A DNA stretch of 36,969 nt from an uncultured Eubacteriales bacterium (GTDB lineage Bacteria; Bacillota; Clostridia; Oscillospirales; UBA644): assembly GCA_934481505.1 (NCBI GenBank), contig CAKSPP010000001.1:1-36969 (forward strand), in the 5' to 3' direction. This document shows, in pieces, positions 15,417 to 25,964 of this stretch. The notes under the pieces were generated by a model. It saw nothing but the letters and a program-made list of their open reading frames with translations, had not been told where the DNA came from and did not search any database. Every line of letters starts with the position of its first letter. Position 1 is the first letter of the stretch. The position numbers and the translations under genes were made by a program.

Positions 15417-15571
15417 GTGTCTTTATGTTTTTTCGGCGAAAATTACGAATTGACGGCGGCAACTGTAACACTTATATGACAAAAACTTGTACTTTTCCTT
15501 ATTTTTTGAGCGGAAGAAAGTAATTTTTCGGTAAAATTTGTGACAATTGTGTTTCAGAGAACTATTTCCTG

Positions 15572-15600
15572 TTGCAAAGCTTTTTTATATATGTTATTAT
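15572..15600 (+). promoter_or_regulatory. Putative glg operon promoter
   Basis: TTGCAA-N17-TATTAT with TGT (extended -10), about 40 nt upstream of the glgB ATG. Confidence 0.5.
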
Positions 15601-15640
15601 TAAATATAAAGAGAAGATACTCGGAAACGGAGGGTGCCCG

Positions 15641-17563
15641 ATGGCAGAAAACAACAACATTCCCGTATTTTTATTTCATGAGGGAACCAATTTCGAAGCA
15701 TATAAATTTCTCGGGGCACATCCCTGTACCGAAAACGGCTCGGAGGGAGCGATTTTCAGAGTATGGGCTCCTGCCGCCCGCTCGGTTTCGGTCGTCGGCG
15801 ACTTCAACGAATGGGACAGAACCCGCGACCCGATGACGAGGATCAGCGAACAGGGAATTTACGAAAAATTTGTTCCGAATATCGTCCGTTACGACAGATA
15901 TATGTTCAGCGTCGAGAAAAAAGACGGGACTGTCGTAAACAAAGCCGACCCGTTCGCTTTCCACAGCGGTTCGGGCGGAGACAAATGTTCGAAATTCTAT
16001 CCGCTCGACGAATTTGCGTGGTCGGACGGAAAATGGGAAAAGAATTTTTCGAAAAAAGACCATACGAAAGAACCGATGAACATTTACGAAGTTCATCTCG
16101 GTTCTTGGAGACGCTATCCCGACGGAAACCCGTTCAGCTACCGCAAGTCGGCTCACGACCTTGTCGATTATGCAAAGGAAATGGGATATACCCATATCGA
16201 ACTTCTGCCGGTTACCGAATATCCGCTTGACGCTTCGTGGGGATACCAGGTAACGGGATATTTCGCCCCGACTTCCCGCTACGGAGTTCCCGACGATCTT
16301 AAATATTTCGTCAACCGCTGTCACGAACAGGGGCTTGCGGTTATTATGGACTGGGTTCCCGCCCATTTCCCGAAAGACGAATATGCCCTTGCGGATTTCG
16401 ACGGGGATTTCGCGTTCGAATATAAAGACAAAATAAAAAGAGAGCAGCCCTCCTGGGGCACCGTCGTTTTTGACTACGGCAAAACCGAAGTTCAGTCATT
16501 CCTTATTTCGTCGGCTCTCTATTGGCTCAACGAATATCATATAGACGGACTTCGCGTCGACGCCGTTTCGGCAATGCTCTATCTTGATTTCGGAAAGAAT
16601 ATCGGGCTTAAAAATTCGCTCGGCGGCGACGGAAACTTAGAGGCGATAGCCCTTATAAAGAAACTCAACGACGCAGTTCACGAAAGAGCTCCGGGCAAAC
16701 TTATGATAGCCGAAGAATCGACGGCTTGGCCGAAAATCACCGAAAAAACCTCTATGGGCGGTCTCGGCTTTGATTTCAAATGGAACATGGGCTGGATGAA
16801 CGACAGCCTGCGTTACCTCGAAACCGACCCGTTTTTCAGAAATTACAATCACAATAATGTGACTTTTTCGATGGTTTACGCCTATGCGGAAAAATATATT
16901 CTTCCGATATCGCACGACGAAGTGGTTCACGGCAAGAAATCTCTTCTCGATAAAAACCCCGGAAGCTACGAAGAGAAATTCGCCGGAATGAGGGCTTTCC
17001 TCGGATATATGTATACGCACGTCGGCAAGAAACTGCTTTTCATGGGTACCGAATTCGGGCAGTTCAGAGAATGGGATTATGCAAATTCTCTCGAATGGTT
17101 CATGCTCGACTATGACGCTCACGCCAAATTGCAGAATTTTGTCAAAGAGCTGAATTATTTCTATCTTGAAAATCCCGCTCTCTGGGAAGAAGACTGCGAC
17201 CCGTCGGGCTTTAACTGGATAGTCGGCGACGACAATAAGCAGAATATTCTCGTCTATGAACGCAAATGTAAAAAAGAAGACCTTATCGTCGCGATAAACT
17301 TCTCGCCGGTGACCCGTGAAAATTACGAATTCGGGCTTCCCTCCGCAGGCGTTTACTCCGAAGTCTTTTCGTCGGAAAACAAAGATTTCGGCGGCAGCGG
17401 AAACAATCCGGGCGACATAAAAGCGGAGAAAAAACCGATGCACGGAATGAATTATTCGGGTAAAGTAAAAATTCCCGCACTTTCCGTTTCAATCTGGAAA
17501 AAGAAAACACTGACTAAAAATAAATTCGGAATACAGAAGATTTCAGGGAGGGACAGCAAATGA
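15641..17563 (+). CDS. glgB: 1,4-alpha-glucan branching enzyme (GH13)
   Basis: FRVWAP.A..V.VVGDFN.WD N-domain, [12 protein letters not shown]...[13 protein letters not shown], and the catalytic EES in [10 protein letters not shown]. The start was trimmed to the ATG at 15641 after GGAGGG; the ORF track starts at 15572, inside the promoter. Confidence 0.92.
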   Translation: MAENNNIPVFLFHEGTNFEAYKFLGAHPCTENGSEGAIFRVWAPAARSVSVVGDFNEWDRTRDPMTRISEQGIYEKFVPNIVRYDRYMFSVEKKDGTVVNKADPFAFHSGSGGDKCSKFYPLDEFAWSDGKWEKNFSKKDHTKEPMNIYEVHLGSWRRYPDGNPFSYRKSAHDLVDYAKEMGYTHIELLPVTEYPLDASWGYQVTGYFAPTSRYGVPDDLKYFVNRCHEQGLAVIMDWVPAHFPKDEYALADFDGDFAFEYKDKIKREQPSWGTVVFDYGKTEVQSFLISSALYWLNEYHIDGLRVDAVSAMLYLDFGKNIGLKNSLGGDGNLEAIALIKKLNDAVHERAPGKLMIAEESTAWPKITEKTSMGGLGFDFKWNMGWMNDSLRYLETDPFFRNYNHNNVTFSMVYAYAEKYILPISHDEVVHGKKSLLDKNPGSYEEKFAGMRAFLGYMYTHVGKKLLFMGTEFGQFREWDYANSLEWFMLDYDAHAKLQNFVKELNYFYLENPALWEEDCDPSGFNWIVGDDNKQNILVYERKCKKEDLIVAINFSPVTRENYEFGLPSAGVYSEVFSSENKDFGGSGNNPGDIKAEKKPMHGMNYSGKVKIPALSVSIWKKKTLTKNKFGIQKISGRDSK

Positions 17564-18765
17564 TTCAAAAGAAAAAATGTATCGCGATGCTTCTCGCGGG
17601 AGGACAGGGTAGCAGGCTCCATGTCTTAACGAAGAACGTCGCAAAACCCGCCGTTCCTTTCGGCGGCAAATACAGAATAATAGACTTTCCGCTTTCAAAC
17701 TGCATAAATTCAAATATTTCGGTCGTCGGCGTCTTGACGCAGTATCAGCCGCTGGCTCTTAACCGCTATATAAGAAACGGACAGCCGTGGGACCTTGACA
17801 GACTTTACGGAGGCGTTTATATCCTGCCGCCGTATCAGAGAAAAGCTGGTTCGCAGTGGTACGAGGGAACAGCGAACGCGATATATCAGAATATCGGCTT
17901 TATAGAACAGTACGACCCCGAATATGTCCTTATCCTTTCGGGCGACCATATCTATACTATGGACTATTCGAAGATGCTCGCTTTCCACGAAGAAAGAAAC
18001 GCCGATATAACGATTGCTGTCATCGACGTTCCGAAAGAAGAGGCTTCCCGTTTCGGAATAGTCTGCACCGAAGACGGCGAAAAGATAAACGGATTCCAGG
18101 AAAAGCCGAAAGAACCCCGTTCGACGCTCGCTTCAATGGGAATATACATATTCCGCTGGGATAAACTCAAAAAATATCTTATCGAAGACGAAAAAGACGA
18201 AACTTCTTCAAAGGATTTCGGCAAAAACGTTATTCCGAAGATGCTCGAAAACGGCGAAAGAATGTACGCCTACGCCTTTGACGGCTATTGGAAAGACGTC
18301 GGGACTATCGAAAGTCTTTGGGAAGCGAATATGGATATCCTCTATAATTCGAACCTTAATTTAAGCGACCCCGACTGGAAAATATATGCAAGAAACCCTG
18401 TCGCTCCTCCGCATTACGCAGGCAAAAACGCCGAAACGGTAAATTCGATAGTTTCGGAGGGCAGCGAACTTAACGGAAAAATAAGGGATTCCGTAATTTT
18501 CTATGAAGTTGAGACAGAAGAAGATTCCGTTATTGAAAGTTCGGTTGTAATGCAACACGCCGTGATAAAGAAAGGTGCGAAAGTTTACAACGCGATAATC
18601 GCACAGAACGTCGAAATAGGCGAAAACGCCGTCGTCGGCGAACCCTGTGAAAGCTGCACCGAAAGAAAAATAACCGTTATCGGTGCGGACAGCAAAATAT
18701 TGCCGGGCGAAACAATCAAAGCCGGCGAAATAATCGACAGAAGCGAGGAGGGAGACATATTATGA
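17560..18765 (+). CDS. glgC: Glucose-1-phosphate adenylyltransferase, catalytic subunit
   Basis: [14 protein letters not shown]...[22 protein letters not shown] followed by a left-handed beta-helix C-terminus. ATGA overlap with glgB. Confidence 0.92.
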   Translation: MIQKKKCIAMLLAGGQGSRLHVLTKNVAKPAVPFGGKYRIIDFPLSNCINSNISVVGVLTQYQPLALNRYIRNGQPWDLDRLYGGVYILPPYQRKAGSQWYEGTANAIYQNIGFIEQYDPEYVLILSGDHIYTMDYSKMLAFHEERNADITIAVIDVPKEEASRFGIVCTEDGEKINGFQEKPKEPRSTLASMGIYIFRWDKLKKYLIEDEKDETSSKDFGKNVIPKMLENGERMYAYAFDGYWKDVGTIESLWEANMDILYNSNLNLSDPDWKIYARNPVAPPHYAGKNAETVNSIVSEGSELNGKIRDSVIFYEVETEEDSVIESSVVMQHAVIKKGAKVYNAIIAQNVEIGENAVVGEPCESCTERKITVIGADSKILPGETIKAGEIIDRSEEGDIL

Positions 18766-19874
18766 ACGCGATAGGAATTATCTTTTCGAATATCCACGAC
18801 AATCACCTTCCCGAATTCACAAAAGAACGCACTTTCGGAGCGGTTCCTTTCGGCGGAAGATACAGACTTATCGACTTCGTTCTTTCGAATATGACGAACT
18901 CCGGAATAACGACGGTCGGCGTTGTCGCCCGCAACAATTACCATTCCCTCACAAGCCACCTCGGAAGCGGCAAGGAATGGGACCTTTCGAGAAAATTCGG
19001 CGGACTTACCATTTATCCGCCTTACAGCACGACTTCCGGCAGATCGCTTTACACCGGCAGGCTCGAAGCCCTCAAAAACGTATATAACTATATCGCAAGG
19101 GCAAGAGAAGACTATGTCGTGCTTTCCGACTGCGACGTCGTCTGCAATATGGATTACGCCGAAGTGCTGCGTTTCCATAAAGAAAATAACGCCGATATCA
19201 CGGCGGTTTATCACAAGGTCGATATAAGCGAATTTTCGGGCGAAAAGCTCGTCACCTATAAGATCACCGACGGAAACAGAGTGAAAACTCACGTCGGCGG
19301 ACATCCGACAGGCGTTCAGAACCTTTCGATGTCGATGTGGCTTCTGAAAAAAGAACTTCTTCTCAAAATAATCGACGAGGCTCTCGCAACGGGGCTTCAA
19401 AGCTTTGAAAGAGATATTCTCGCGGTCAACGCCGCCGACCTCAAAATAGTCGGTTACGAATTTACGGGATATGCAAGACAGATCGTTTCTACCCCCGACT
19501 TTTTCAGAGCAAACCTCGAACTTCTCGACAGAAAAGTAAGAGACGAACTTTGCCAGAAAGACAGACCTATCTACACGAGAGTTTACGACGCCGCACCCGC
19601 AAGATATATGAACGGTGCGTCGGTCAAAAACTCCCTTATCGCAAACGGGGCTGTTATTATGGGAACCGTTGAAAACTGCGTTCTCGGAAGAGAAGTTTAT
19701 GTCGCGAAAAATACCGTTGTCAAAAATTCCGTCATAATGCACGGAGCAATAATCAACGAAAACTGCGTTGTAAACAACTGTATTCTCGACAAAAAGACGG
19801 TCGTCCGCCCCGGACAGACGCTTTCGGGAACCGAAAACTATCCGTTTGTCGCGGTCAAAGGCAGCATTATATAA
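18762..19874 (+). CDS. glgD: Glucose-1-phosphate adenylyltransferase, GlgD regulatory subunit
   Basis: A GlgC paralogue ([23 protein letters not shown]) that lacks the GGxGxRL loop. It sits in the canonical Firmicutes position after glgC, with an ATGA overlap. Confidence 0.88.
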   Translation: MNAIGIIFSNIHDNHLPEFTKERTFGAVPFGGRYRLIDFVLSNMTNSGITTVGVVARNNYHSLTSHLGSGKEWDLSRKFGGLTIYPPYSTTSGRSLYTGRLEALKNVYNYIARAREDYVVLSDCDVVCNMDYAEVLRFHKENNADITAVYHKVDISEFSGEKLVTYKITDGNRVKTHVGGHPTGVQNLSMSMWLLKKELLLKIIDEALATGLQSFERDILAVNAADLKIVGYEFTGYARQIVSTPDFFRANLELLDRKVRDELCQKDRPIYTRVYDAAPARYMNGASVKNSLIANGAVIMGTVENCVLGREVYVAKNTVVKNSVIMHGAIINENCVVNNCILDKKTVVRPGQTLSGTENYPFVAVKGSII

Positions 19875-19884
19875 GGAGACATCA

Positions 19885-21318
19885 ATGAAAATACTTTTTA
19901 CGGCGTCGGAATGTTATCCTTTTGCGGTTTCGGGAGGCCTCGGCGATGTTATAGGAGCTTTGCCGAAAGCTCTTGCGAAAATCGAGGGCGAAAATAACGA
20001 TGTGAGAGTCGTTTTGCCGCTCTATAAAAAAACCGCCGAAAATTTCAAGTCGGAAATGACCTATAAATTCGACTTTATGCTCCCCCTTGCTTGGAGAAGC
20101 ATATATTGCGGCGTTTTCGAACTGAAAAAAGACGGCGTGACCTATTATTTTATCGATAACGAACATTATTTCAAACGCGACGGACTTTACGGATTTTACG
20201 ACGACGGCGAACGCTTTTCGTTCTTTTCGAAAGCGTGCCTCGAAATTCTCGAAAGGCTCGATTTCTACCCCGATATAATCCATTCGCACGATTGGCACAC
20301 CGCTCTTGTCCCGATTCTTTTCAAAAGATATTATAAATGGAAGAACGAATTTTCGGCGACCAAAGCGATTTTCACGATACACAACATTCAGTATCAGGGA
20401 CAGTACGACGAAGCAATTTTGGGCGACGTTTTCGGACTCGGAGAGGGAGATCGCGACACCGTCACCTTTAACGGCTGCATAAACCTTATGAAAGGGGCAA
20501 TCGTCGCTGCCGACAAGGTAAACACCGTAAGCCCGAACTACGCGAGAGAACTGACATATCCCTATTACGCTCACGGACTTTCCGCGATAATAAGGGAACA
20601 TCAGTATAAATTCTGCGGAATTCTGAACGGGATTGATAACGACAGAATAAACCCTGAAACGAATCCGCATCTTTACGCGAATTTCAACTACCGTTCCCCT
20701 GCGAAAATGGCTTTCAACAAAAAGAAATTGCAGGAAGAAATGAACCTGCCGCAGGACGACACCGTCCCTGTTGTCGCGATAATTTCGAGACTTGTTTCCC
20801 ACAAAGGTATCGACCTTGTACGCGGAATTTTCTCGCAGCTTATGGATATGCCGTTGCAGCTTGTCGTTCTCGGAACGGGCGACAGAGAATACGAAGACTT
20901 TTTCAGATACGCCGCAAGCCGCTACAAAGGCAAACTCGAAGTGAGAATTACCTTTGACGGAGCTCTTGCCGACAGGATTTACGGCGGGGCGGATATGATT
21001 TTAATGCCGTCGAAGAGCGAACCGTGCGGACTTGTCCAGATGATTGCCCTGCGTTACGGAACAATTCCCATTGTCAGGGAAACGGGCGGCTTAAAAGACA
21101 GCATTACCGATGTTCAGTACGGCGGAAACGGTTTTTCGTTCCCCGATTATAACGCCCACGAGCTGCTTTACACCGTCGGAAGAGCCGTCGATATGTTCAG
21201 AAACGACAAAGACGGCTGGAAAGCTCTCAAAAAGAAAGCGATGAAATGCGATTTCGGTTGGGATAAAGCCGCCGGAAACTATTTCGACTTTTATAAAGAC
21301 GCTCTCGGTATTAAATAA
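19885..21318 (+). CDS. glgA: Glycogen synthase (ADP-glucose type, GT5)
   Basis: MKILFTASECYPFAVSGGLGDV and C-terminal PS..EPCGL.Q. The start was trimmed to the ATG at 19885 after AAGGAG. Confidence 0.92.
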   Translation: MKILFTASECYPFAVSGGLGDVIGALPKALAKIEGENNDVRVVLPLYKKTAENFKSEMTYKFDFMLPLAWRSIYCGVFELKKDGVTYYFIDNEHYFKRDGLYGFYDDGERFSFFSKACLEILERLDFYPDIIHSHDWHTALVPILFKRYYKWKNEFSATKAIFTIHNIQYQGQYDEAILGDVFGLGEGDRDTVTFNGCINLMKGAIVAADKVNTVSPNYARELTYPYYAHGLSAIIREHQYKFCGILNGIDNDRINPETNPHLYANFNYRSPAKMAFNKKKLQEEMNLPQDDTVPVVAIISRLVSHKGIDLVRGIFSQLMDMPLQLVVLGTGDREYEDFFRYAASRYKGKLEVRITFDGALADRIYGGADMILMPSKSEPCGLVQMIALRYGTIPIVRETGGLKDSITDVQYGGNGFSFPDYNAHELLYTVGRAVDMFRNDKDGWKALKKKAMKCDFGWDKAAGNYFDFYKDALGIK

Positions 21319-21320
21319 TA

Positions 21321-21345
21321 AAAAAAGCCCTGCGGGGCTTTTTTA
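21321..21345 (+). terminator. Intrinsic terminator after glgA
   Basis: AAAAAAGCCC-tgcg-GGGCTTTTTT. Confidence 0.8.
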
Positions 21346-21360
21346 ATGCAAAGGAAAAGT

Positions 21361-23181
21361 ATGTTTTTATTCAACGCAAACGACAAATTTCATAAAAATC
21401 CCGCAGGGGCTGCGGAAAGCGAAACCCCGATCTCTTTCAAAGTTGTGATTTCGCGAAGAGAGGCTTTGACCGACGTTTATCTGATGTTCAGCGAAGACAA
21501 AAAGCCTGCCGAAAAAATCAGAATGACGCTTGACACAAGCTACGCGGGAACGGATTTTTACACCGCCGAAATTCCGCCGCTCACCCCCGGAATTTATTGG
21601 TACACCTTTATTGCCGAAAAAAACGGACAGGAGACTGTCTACGGCAGAGGGGAAGACGGCACCGCCGTCAAAAACGGAAAAGCGTGGCAGCAGACGGTCT
21701 ACCAAAAAGGGTGGAACGCCGCCCCCGAATTCGCGGGAAAAATAATTTATCAGATTTTCCCCGACCGCTTTTTCAAAAAAGGCACGCCGCCGCTTCCCGA
21801 ACGGAAAAAATATGTAAAATTCAAAAATCCCGACGAACTTCCGAACTATATAAGGGAAGCAAACGGCGACCTTGATACCTCCGACTTTTTCGGCGGAACG
21901 CTTCGCGGAATCGAAGAAAAACTGCCGTATATCGCCTCTCTCGGAGCGGAAATAATTTATCTCAATCCGATTTTCGAGGCTCATTCAAACCACCGCTACG
22001 ACACCGCCGACTATACGAAAATCGACCCCGTTCTCGGAAACGAAGAGGATTTTTCGTCGCTCTGTAAAACCGCCGGGAAGTACGGAATAAAAATAATTCT
22101 GGACGGCGTTTTTTCGCATACCGGCGACGACAGCATTTATTTCAACCGCTACGGAACTTACCCCGATGTCGGAGCGTATCAGTCGCAAAGTTCTCCGTAT
22201 TATAAATGGTACACCTTTCAGGAGTTTCCCGACAGATATTCGTCATGGTGGGGAATTAAAATCTTACCCGAAGTCAATGAAACCGAGCCCGACTATCTCG
22301 AATATATGACTGGCAAAGGCGGCGTGCTTGAAAAATGGCTCCGTCTCGGAGCTTCGGGATACAGGCTCGATGTTGCGGACGAACTTCCCGACGAATTTCT
22401 CGACGCACTTTATAAAACCGTCAAAACCGTAAAAAAGGACGCCTATGTCGTCGGCGAAGTCTGGGAAGACGCGACAAATAAAGAGGATAACGGCAGACGC
22501 CGCAAATATCTTCAGGGCGGCGAAATGGACGGCGTTATGAACTACGTCTTAAAGGACGCCCTTATCGAATTTCTGAATTCGGGAAACGCCGAAAAGCTTT
22601 CGGACGCGATAAATCTGTTAAAGGAAAACTATCCGAAGCCGTCGCTTTCCTGCCTTATGAACATTATCGGCTCGCACGACACGAAACGAATCCTTTCGGT
22701 TCTCGGCGGCGTAAAAACCGACGACTGCGACTATGAGGGGCAGGCAAAGGAAAGGCTTTTGCCAAAAGAAAGAGAGACCGCAATAAAAAAACTCATGCTC
22801 GGCTGGTTTATTTTAACAACTCTTCCGGGCTGCCCGACCGTTTTTTACGGAGACGAGGCGGGCGTCGAGGGGCTTCGCGACCCTTTGAACCGCAAATATT
22901 TCCCGTGGGGAAAAGAGGATAAAATCTTGCTTTCGCACTACCGCAAAATGGGAGATATTCGCAAAAACACCCCCGAACTCAAAGCGGGAGAGGTCGAAAC
23001 CGTCCTTTGCGAAAATTCGCTTTTTGTCTATTCAAGAAACGGACTTGTCGCCGTCTGCAACGGCAAAAACGCCGAAGACGAACTCTACCTCGACCGCGAT
23101 TTTTCAGACCTTGTATCGGGCAAAAAAATAAAAGCGGGAACCCTTACTCTCCCGCCCTATTCGTTCTTTTTGCTTAAATAG
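21361..23181 (+). CDS. GH13 alpha-glucan hydrolase (neopullulanase/cyclomaltodextrinase-like) with an N-terminal Ig-like domain
   Basis: GH13 conserved regions DGVFSHT, GYRLDVADE (nucleophile), GEVWED (acid/base) and GSHDTKR. There is an N-terminal ~110-aa beta domain. The ATG at 21361 follows AAGGAAAAG. The alternative ATG at 21346 abuts the terminator T-run. Confidence 0.85.
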   Translation: MFLFNANDKFHKNPAGAAESETPISFKVVISRREALTDVYLMFSEDKKPAEKIRMTLDTSYAGTDFYTAEIPPLTPGIYWYTFIAEKNGQETVYGRGEDGTAVKNGKAWQQTVYQKGWNAAPEFAGKIIYQIFPDRFFKKGTPPLPERKKYVKFKNPDELPNYIREANGDLDTSDFFGGTLRGIEEKLPYIASLGAEIIYLNPIFEAHSNHRYDTADYTKIDPVLGNEEDFSSLCKTAGKYGIKIILDGVFSHTGDDSIYFNRYGTYPDVGAYQSQSSPYYKWYTFQEFPDRYSSWWGIKILPEVNETEPDYLEYMTGKGGVLEKWLRLGASGYRLDVADELPDEFLDALYKTVKTVKKDAYVVGEVWEDATNKEDNGRRRKYLQGGEMDGVMNYVLKDALIEFLNSGNAEKLSDAINLLKENYPKPSLSCLMNIIGSHDTKRILSVLGGVKTDDCDYEGQAKERLLPKERETAIKKLMLGWFILTTLPGCPTVFYGDEAGVEGLRDPLNRKYFPWGKEDKILLSHYRKMGDIRKNTPELKAGEVETVLCENSLFVYSRNGLVAVCNGKNAEDELYLDRDFSDLVSGKKIKAGTLTLPPYSFFLLK

Positions 23182-23184
23182 GAA

Positions 23185-23213
23185 AAGGTGCTGCATTGCA
23201 GCACCTTATAATT
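23185..23213. terminator. Bidirectional intrinsic terminator
   Basis: AAGGTGCTGCA-t-TGCAGCACCTT palindrome. It has a TTTTCC run on the minus-strand side and an AATTTTATT run on the plus side. It lies between convergent genes. Confidence 0.7.
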
Positions 23214-24050
23214 TTATTCGGGTAAAAATTCATCAAGAGTGCCGAAAGTGTAGCCCTCGCTTTTCCAGGTTGTTATCAGCTCTTCCAGAATCTTGGAATT
23301 TGTCTCCGACGTCGAATGAAGAAGGACGATAGCGCCGTCGTGGATACGCGAATTCAGCTTCTTTATCGACTCTCCGGGGTCGGGCTGGTCGCTGTTGTTC
23401 CAGTCGAGATATGCAAGGCTCCAGAAGACGGTCGTATATCCCATTTCGTTCGCCATTTTTAAGTTTTCTACGCTGAATTTGCCCTGCGGCGGACGGTACA
23501 GGCGAAGCATTTTTTTTGTTGTTATCGTGTTGTAAAGGCTTTCGACCTCTTCAAGTTCCTTTCGGAAAGCCTCTTTGTCCGCGATTTTGGACATATCTGG
23601 GTGGGTATAGGTATGGTTTCCGACGATATGCCCCTCGTTTACCATTCTTTCGACAAGTGCGGGCTGCGTTTTGAGGTAATGCCCGACGAGGAAAAAGGTC
23701 GCTTTGGTATCGGTCTTTTTTAAGGTGTCGAGAATCGTTTCGGTGTATCCGTTTTCATAGCCCGCGTCAAAGGTGAGATAAATTTTCTTCTGCGAGGTGT
23801 CCCCGATAAAATACGCTCCGTACTGCTTTAATTCCTCCGCCGAAACATTTCCCTGGGGAGCTGTGTTTTCCTTTCCGAAAGAAAGCCCCCAATCGCTGAC
23901 AGCCTCTTTCGTTTTCGGGAAAGAAACGCCGTAGCAGGCGAAAAGCAGAACGGCAAAGGCACAGGCAAGGGTGCAGAGAGTTATCTCCTGCCAACGCCCG
24001 TCGATAAATTTCAGAACGGTCTTTATCCCTCTTTTAAGTTTTTCTTTCAT
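23214..24050 (-). CDS. pdaA: NodB-type polysaccharide deacetylase, PdaA-like (candidate spore-cortex delta-lactam de-N-acetylase)
   Basis: KIYLTFDAGYENGYTETILDTLKK...ATFFLVGHYLK.QP.LV.RMV.EGH.VGNHTYTHPDM resembles B. subtilis PdaA as I recall it. It has an N-terminal TM anchor. Confidence 0.7.
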   Translation of the reverse strand: MKEKLKRGIKTVLKFIDGRWQEITLCTLACAFAVLLFACYGVSFPKTKEAVSDWGLSFGKENTAPQGNVSAEELKQYGAYFIGDTSQKKIYLTFDAGYENGYTETILDTLKKTDTKATFFLVGHYLKTQPALVERMVNEGHIVGNHTYTHPDMSKIADKEAFRKELEEVESLYNTITTKKMLRLYRPPQGKFSVENLKMANEMGYTTVFWSLAYLDWNNSDQPDPGESIKKLNSRIHDGAIVLLHSTSETNSKILEELITTWKSEGYTFGTLDEFLPE

Positions 24051-24946
24051 TCCGCTGCCGCCTTTCCGTAATATTTTTCAAGTCCGAGCGACGAAAAGAA
24101 CTTTTCGCTGTTGTCGCCCGTCCGCAGAAATCTGTTCATTAATATAAGGTCTTCTTCGCTTTCGAGAATGTTTATCCTTTGAAGACAGGTAAAGGAAGCC
24201 TTAAAACCCATTTTTTTAACGACGGGGATAGACGCGTCACTCACCGCCCCGAAAGGATAAGCAAAAGCTGTCGGGATAATTCCGCAATGTTCATATAAAA
24301 GCTCCTGCAATTTCGAAAGGTCGTCTTCGAGCATATTCTGATATTCAAGCTCGTTTTCTCCCTGTTTTTTCCTCGCTCCCTTTCTCCCCTTGTCGAGAGT
24401 GTGCAGGTTATAACTGTGGTTCTGTATTTCGACAAGCCCGCTGTCGCTCATTTCCTTTATTTCGTCCCATGTTACGTGCGAATAATTGGCGTTTTCGTCT
24501 TCCGATTCGGAAAATTTTTCGGAGCAGATACCTATTATCGAAAGCACCGCTTTGGCGTTATACTCTTTAAGCAGAGGATAGGCGTAAACATAGTTGTTGT
24601 AATAACCGTCGTCAAAGGTGAGCATTACGGGCTTTTCGGGAAGCGGCCTGCCGTTTTCGTAGTAAGCGACAAGGTCGGCAACCGTCACCGTTTCATATCC
24701 GTTTTCTTTGAGGTATTTGAGATCTTCTTCGAAAAGCGACGGCGGAGTGACATATTTGCCTTGGGAACGCGGATCTTTCAGAAACGAATGGTACATTATT
24801 ACAGGAAGAACGACTTTTTCTCTTCCCTCCGAAACGACGGGAGAAACTTCCGAATTGAAAAGCGTCACATCCCGAAGTCCCGCGAAAATTATAAAAAGCA
24901 CGGCAAGAAAATATATGCCGCGTGATATTTTTTTGAGATATTTCAC
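24047..24946 (-). CDS. Membrane-anchored NodB-homology polysaccharide deacetylase
   Basis: It has an N-terminal TM helix. VMLTFDDGYYNNY is the NodB motif 1, followed by His-containing motifs (QNHSYNLH). ATGA overlap with the pdaA-like gene. Confidence 0.75.
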   Translation of the reverse strand: MKYLKKISRGIYFLAVLFIIFAGLRDVTLFNSEVSPVVSEGREKVVLPVIMYHSFLKDPRSQGKYVTPPSLFEEDLKYLKENGYETVTVADLVAYYENGRPLPEKPVMLTFDDGYYNNYVYAYPLLKEYNAKAVLSIIGICSEKFSESEDENANYSHVTWDEIKEMSDSGLVEIQNHSYNLHTLDKGRKGARKKQGENELEYQNMLEDDLSKLQELLYEHCGIIPTAFAYPFGAVSDASIPVVKKMGFKASFTCLQRINILESEEDLILMNRFLRTGDNSEKFFSSLGLEKYYGKAAAE

Positions 24947-24976
24947 CGCATTCGCCCCTTTCCTTAAAGCCTATGA

Positions 24977-25005
24977 TTGACTTCGGGCGAATATTCTGAT
25001 AAAAT
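24977..25005 (+). promoter_or_regulatory. Putative promoter of the pseudouridine synthase/thioredoxin-like unit
   Basis: TTGACT-N17-TAAAAT with an extended -10 TGA, about 27 nt upstream of the ATG. Confidence 0.5.
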
Positions 25006-25032
25006 CAAGAAAACACCTTATGAGGACGGCAA

Positions 25033-25926
25033 ATGAAAAAAACGGTAAGAAAAACGGTTCCCGAAACTTTTGACGGTATAAAAGCGGGGATTTTCATAAA
25101 AATTGAAATGGAAGCGTCGTCGGCTCTTATAAAACGCCTTAAAAAGAGCGAAGACGGGATAAAAATAAACGGAAAAAGAGCGTATACGAACGAAATTCTG
25201 CATACGGGAGACGAAGTTGAGATAAATTTCGAAGACGAAGCCCCGTCCGAAAACATAATCCCGACAAAGGGCGATATAGATATTATATATGAAGACGGCG
25301 ACCTTCTTATAGTAAATAAGGCGGCAGGTGTACCCGTCCATCCGTCGAAAGGACACGTTTCGGACAGTCTTGCGAATTTTGTCGCATATTATTTTAACAA
25401 AAAGGGCGAAATCCCGGTTTTTCGCTGTGTTACCCGTCTCGATCGCGGAACCTCCGGGGTATGCGTTATCGCGAAAAACTCGCGGGCACAGGACATCCTG
25501 CGAAAAGAAATGCAGAACGGTCGGATAGGGAAAAAATACCTTGCCGCAGCAGTTGGAATTTTCGATAAAAAAAGCGGAATAATCGACAGAAATATAAGAA
25601 GAATTCCGGGTATTGCGACGATAAAACGAGAAGTCTGCGACGGCGACGGCAAAAGAGCCGTTACGGAATATAAAATCTTGAAAGAGCAAAACGGGCTGTC
25701 GCTTGCGGAAGTGATTCTGCATACGGGAAGAACTCACCAGATAAGAGTTCATTTTGCGGCGGAAGGTCATCCTCTTTTCGGCGATTGGCTTTACGGCAAA
25801 GAAACAGAGGAAATCAAGAGACCCTCTCTGCATTGTGCGGAAATAACTTTTCTTCATCCCGACACAAAAGAAAAACTTTGCTTTACGGCACCGCTCCCCG
25901 ACGATATTAAAAGTTTATTTTCATAA
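25033..25926 (+). CDS. RluA-family 23S rRNA pseudouridine synthase (RluD-like, with N-terminal S4-like domain)
   Basis: LIVNKAAGVPVHPS, catalytic RLDRGTSGV and GRTHQIRVHFA motifs. Confidence 0.88.
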   Translation: MKKTVRKTVPETFDGIKAGIFIKIEMEASSALIKRLKKSEDGIKINGKRAYTNEILHTGDEVEINFEDEAPSENIIPTKGDIDIIYEDGDLLIVNKAAGVPVHPSKGHVSDSLANFVAYYFNKKGEIPVFRCVTRLDRGTSGVCVIAKNSRAQDILRKEMQNGRIGKKYLAAAVGIFDKKSGIIDRNIRRIPGIATIKREVCDGDGKRAVTEYKILKEQNGLSLAEVILHTGRTHQIRVHFAAEGHPLFGDWLYGKETEEIKRPSLHCAEITFLHPDTKEKLCFTAPLPDDIKSLFS

Positions 25927-25964
25927 TTTTGCGGGCATACTATTTCCGAAAAGGAGCGATTTTA

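Noticed and set aside
15417-15571. A 155-nt AT-rich spacer between the tRNA promoter and the glg promoter. It contains an ACAATTGT palindrome and a TTGACG...TATATG promoter-like string.
   Set aside because: The palindrome does not match a cre/CcpA site or any operator I can name. The promoter-like string has a poor -10. No stable structure or ORF with an RBS was found.
15671-17443. Minus-strand ORFs of 231 aa and 268 aa within glgB. Similar cases lie at 19882-20802 (glgA), 21367-21984 (GH13), 4893-5684 (MATE), 3074-3631 (fnlC-like), 1280-1744 (fnlA-like) and 33689-34480 (LRR gene end/dapL end).
   Set aside because: All are antisense or off-frame to strongly supported genes. They lack RBSs and motifs, and several cross gene boundaries or intergenic terminators.
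18585-19742. A 385-aa minus-strand ORF across glgC/glgD.
   Set aside because: It is antisense to two strongly supported glg genes and spans their junction. It has no RBS or motif and skewed composition, so it is a mirror-frame artefact.
25018-25857. A 279-aa minus-strand ORF opposite the pseudouridine synthase gene.
   Set aside because: It is antisense to a gene with catalytic RluA motifs. It has no start context and an F/R-rich composition.
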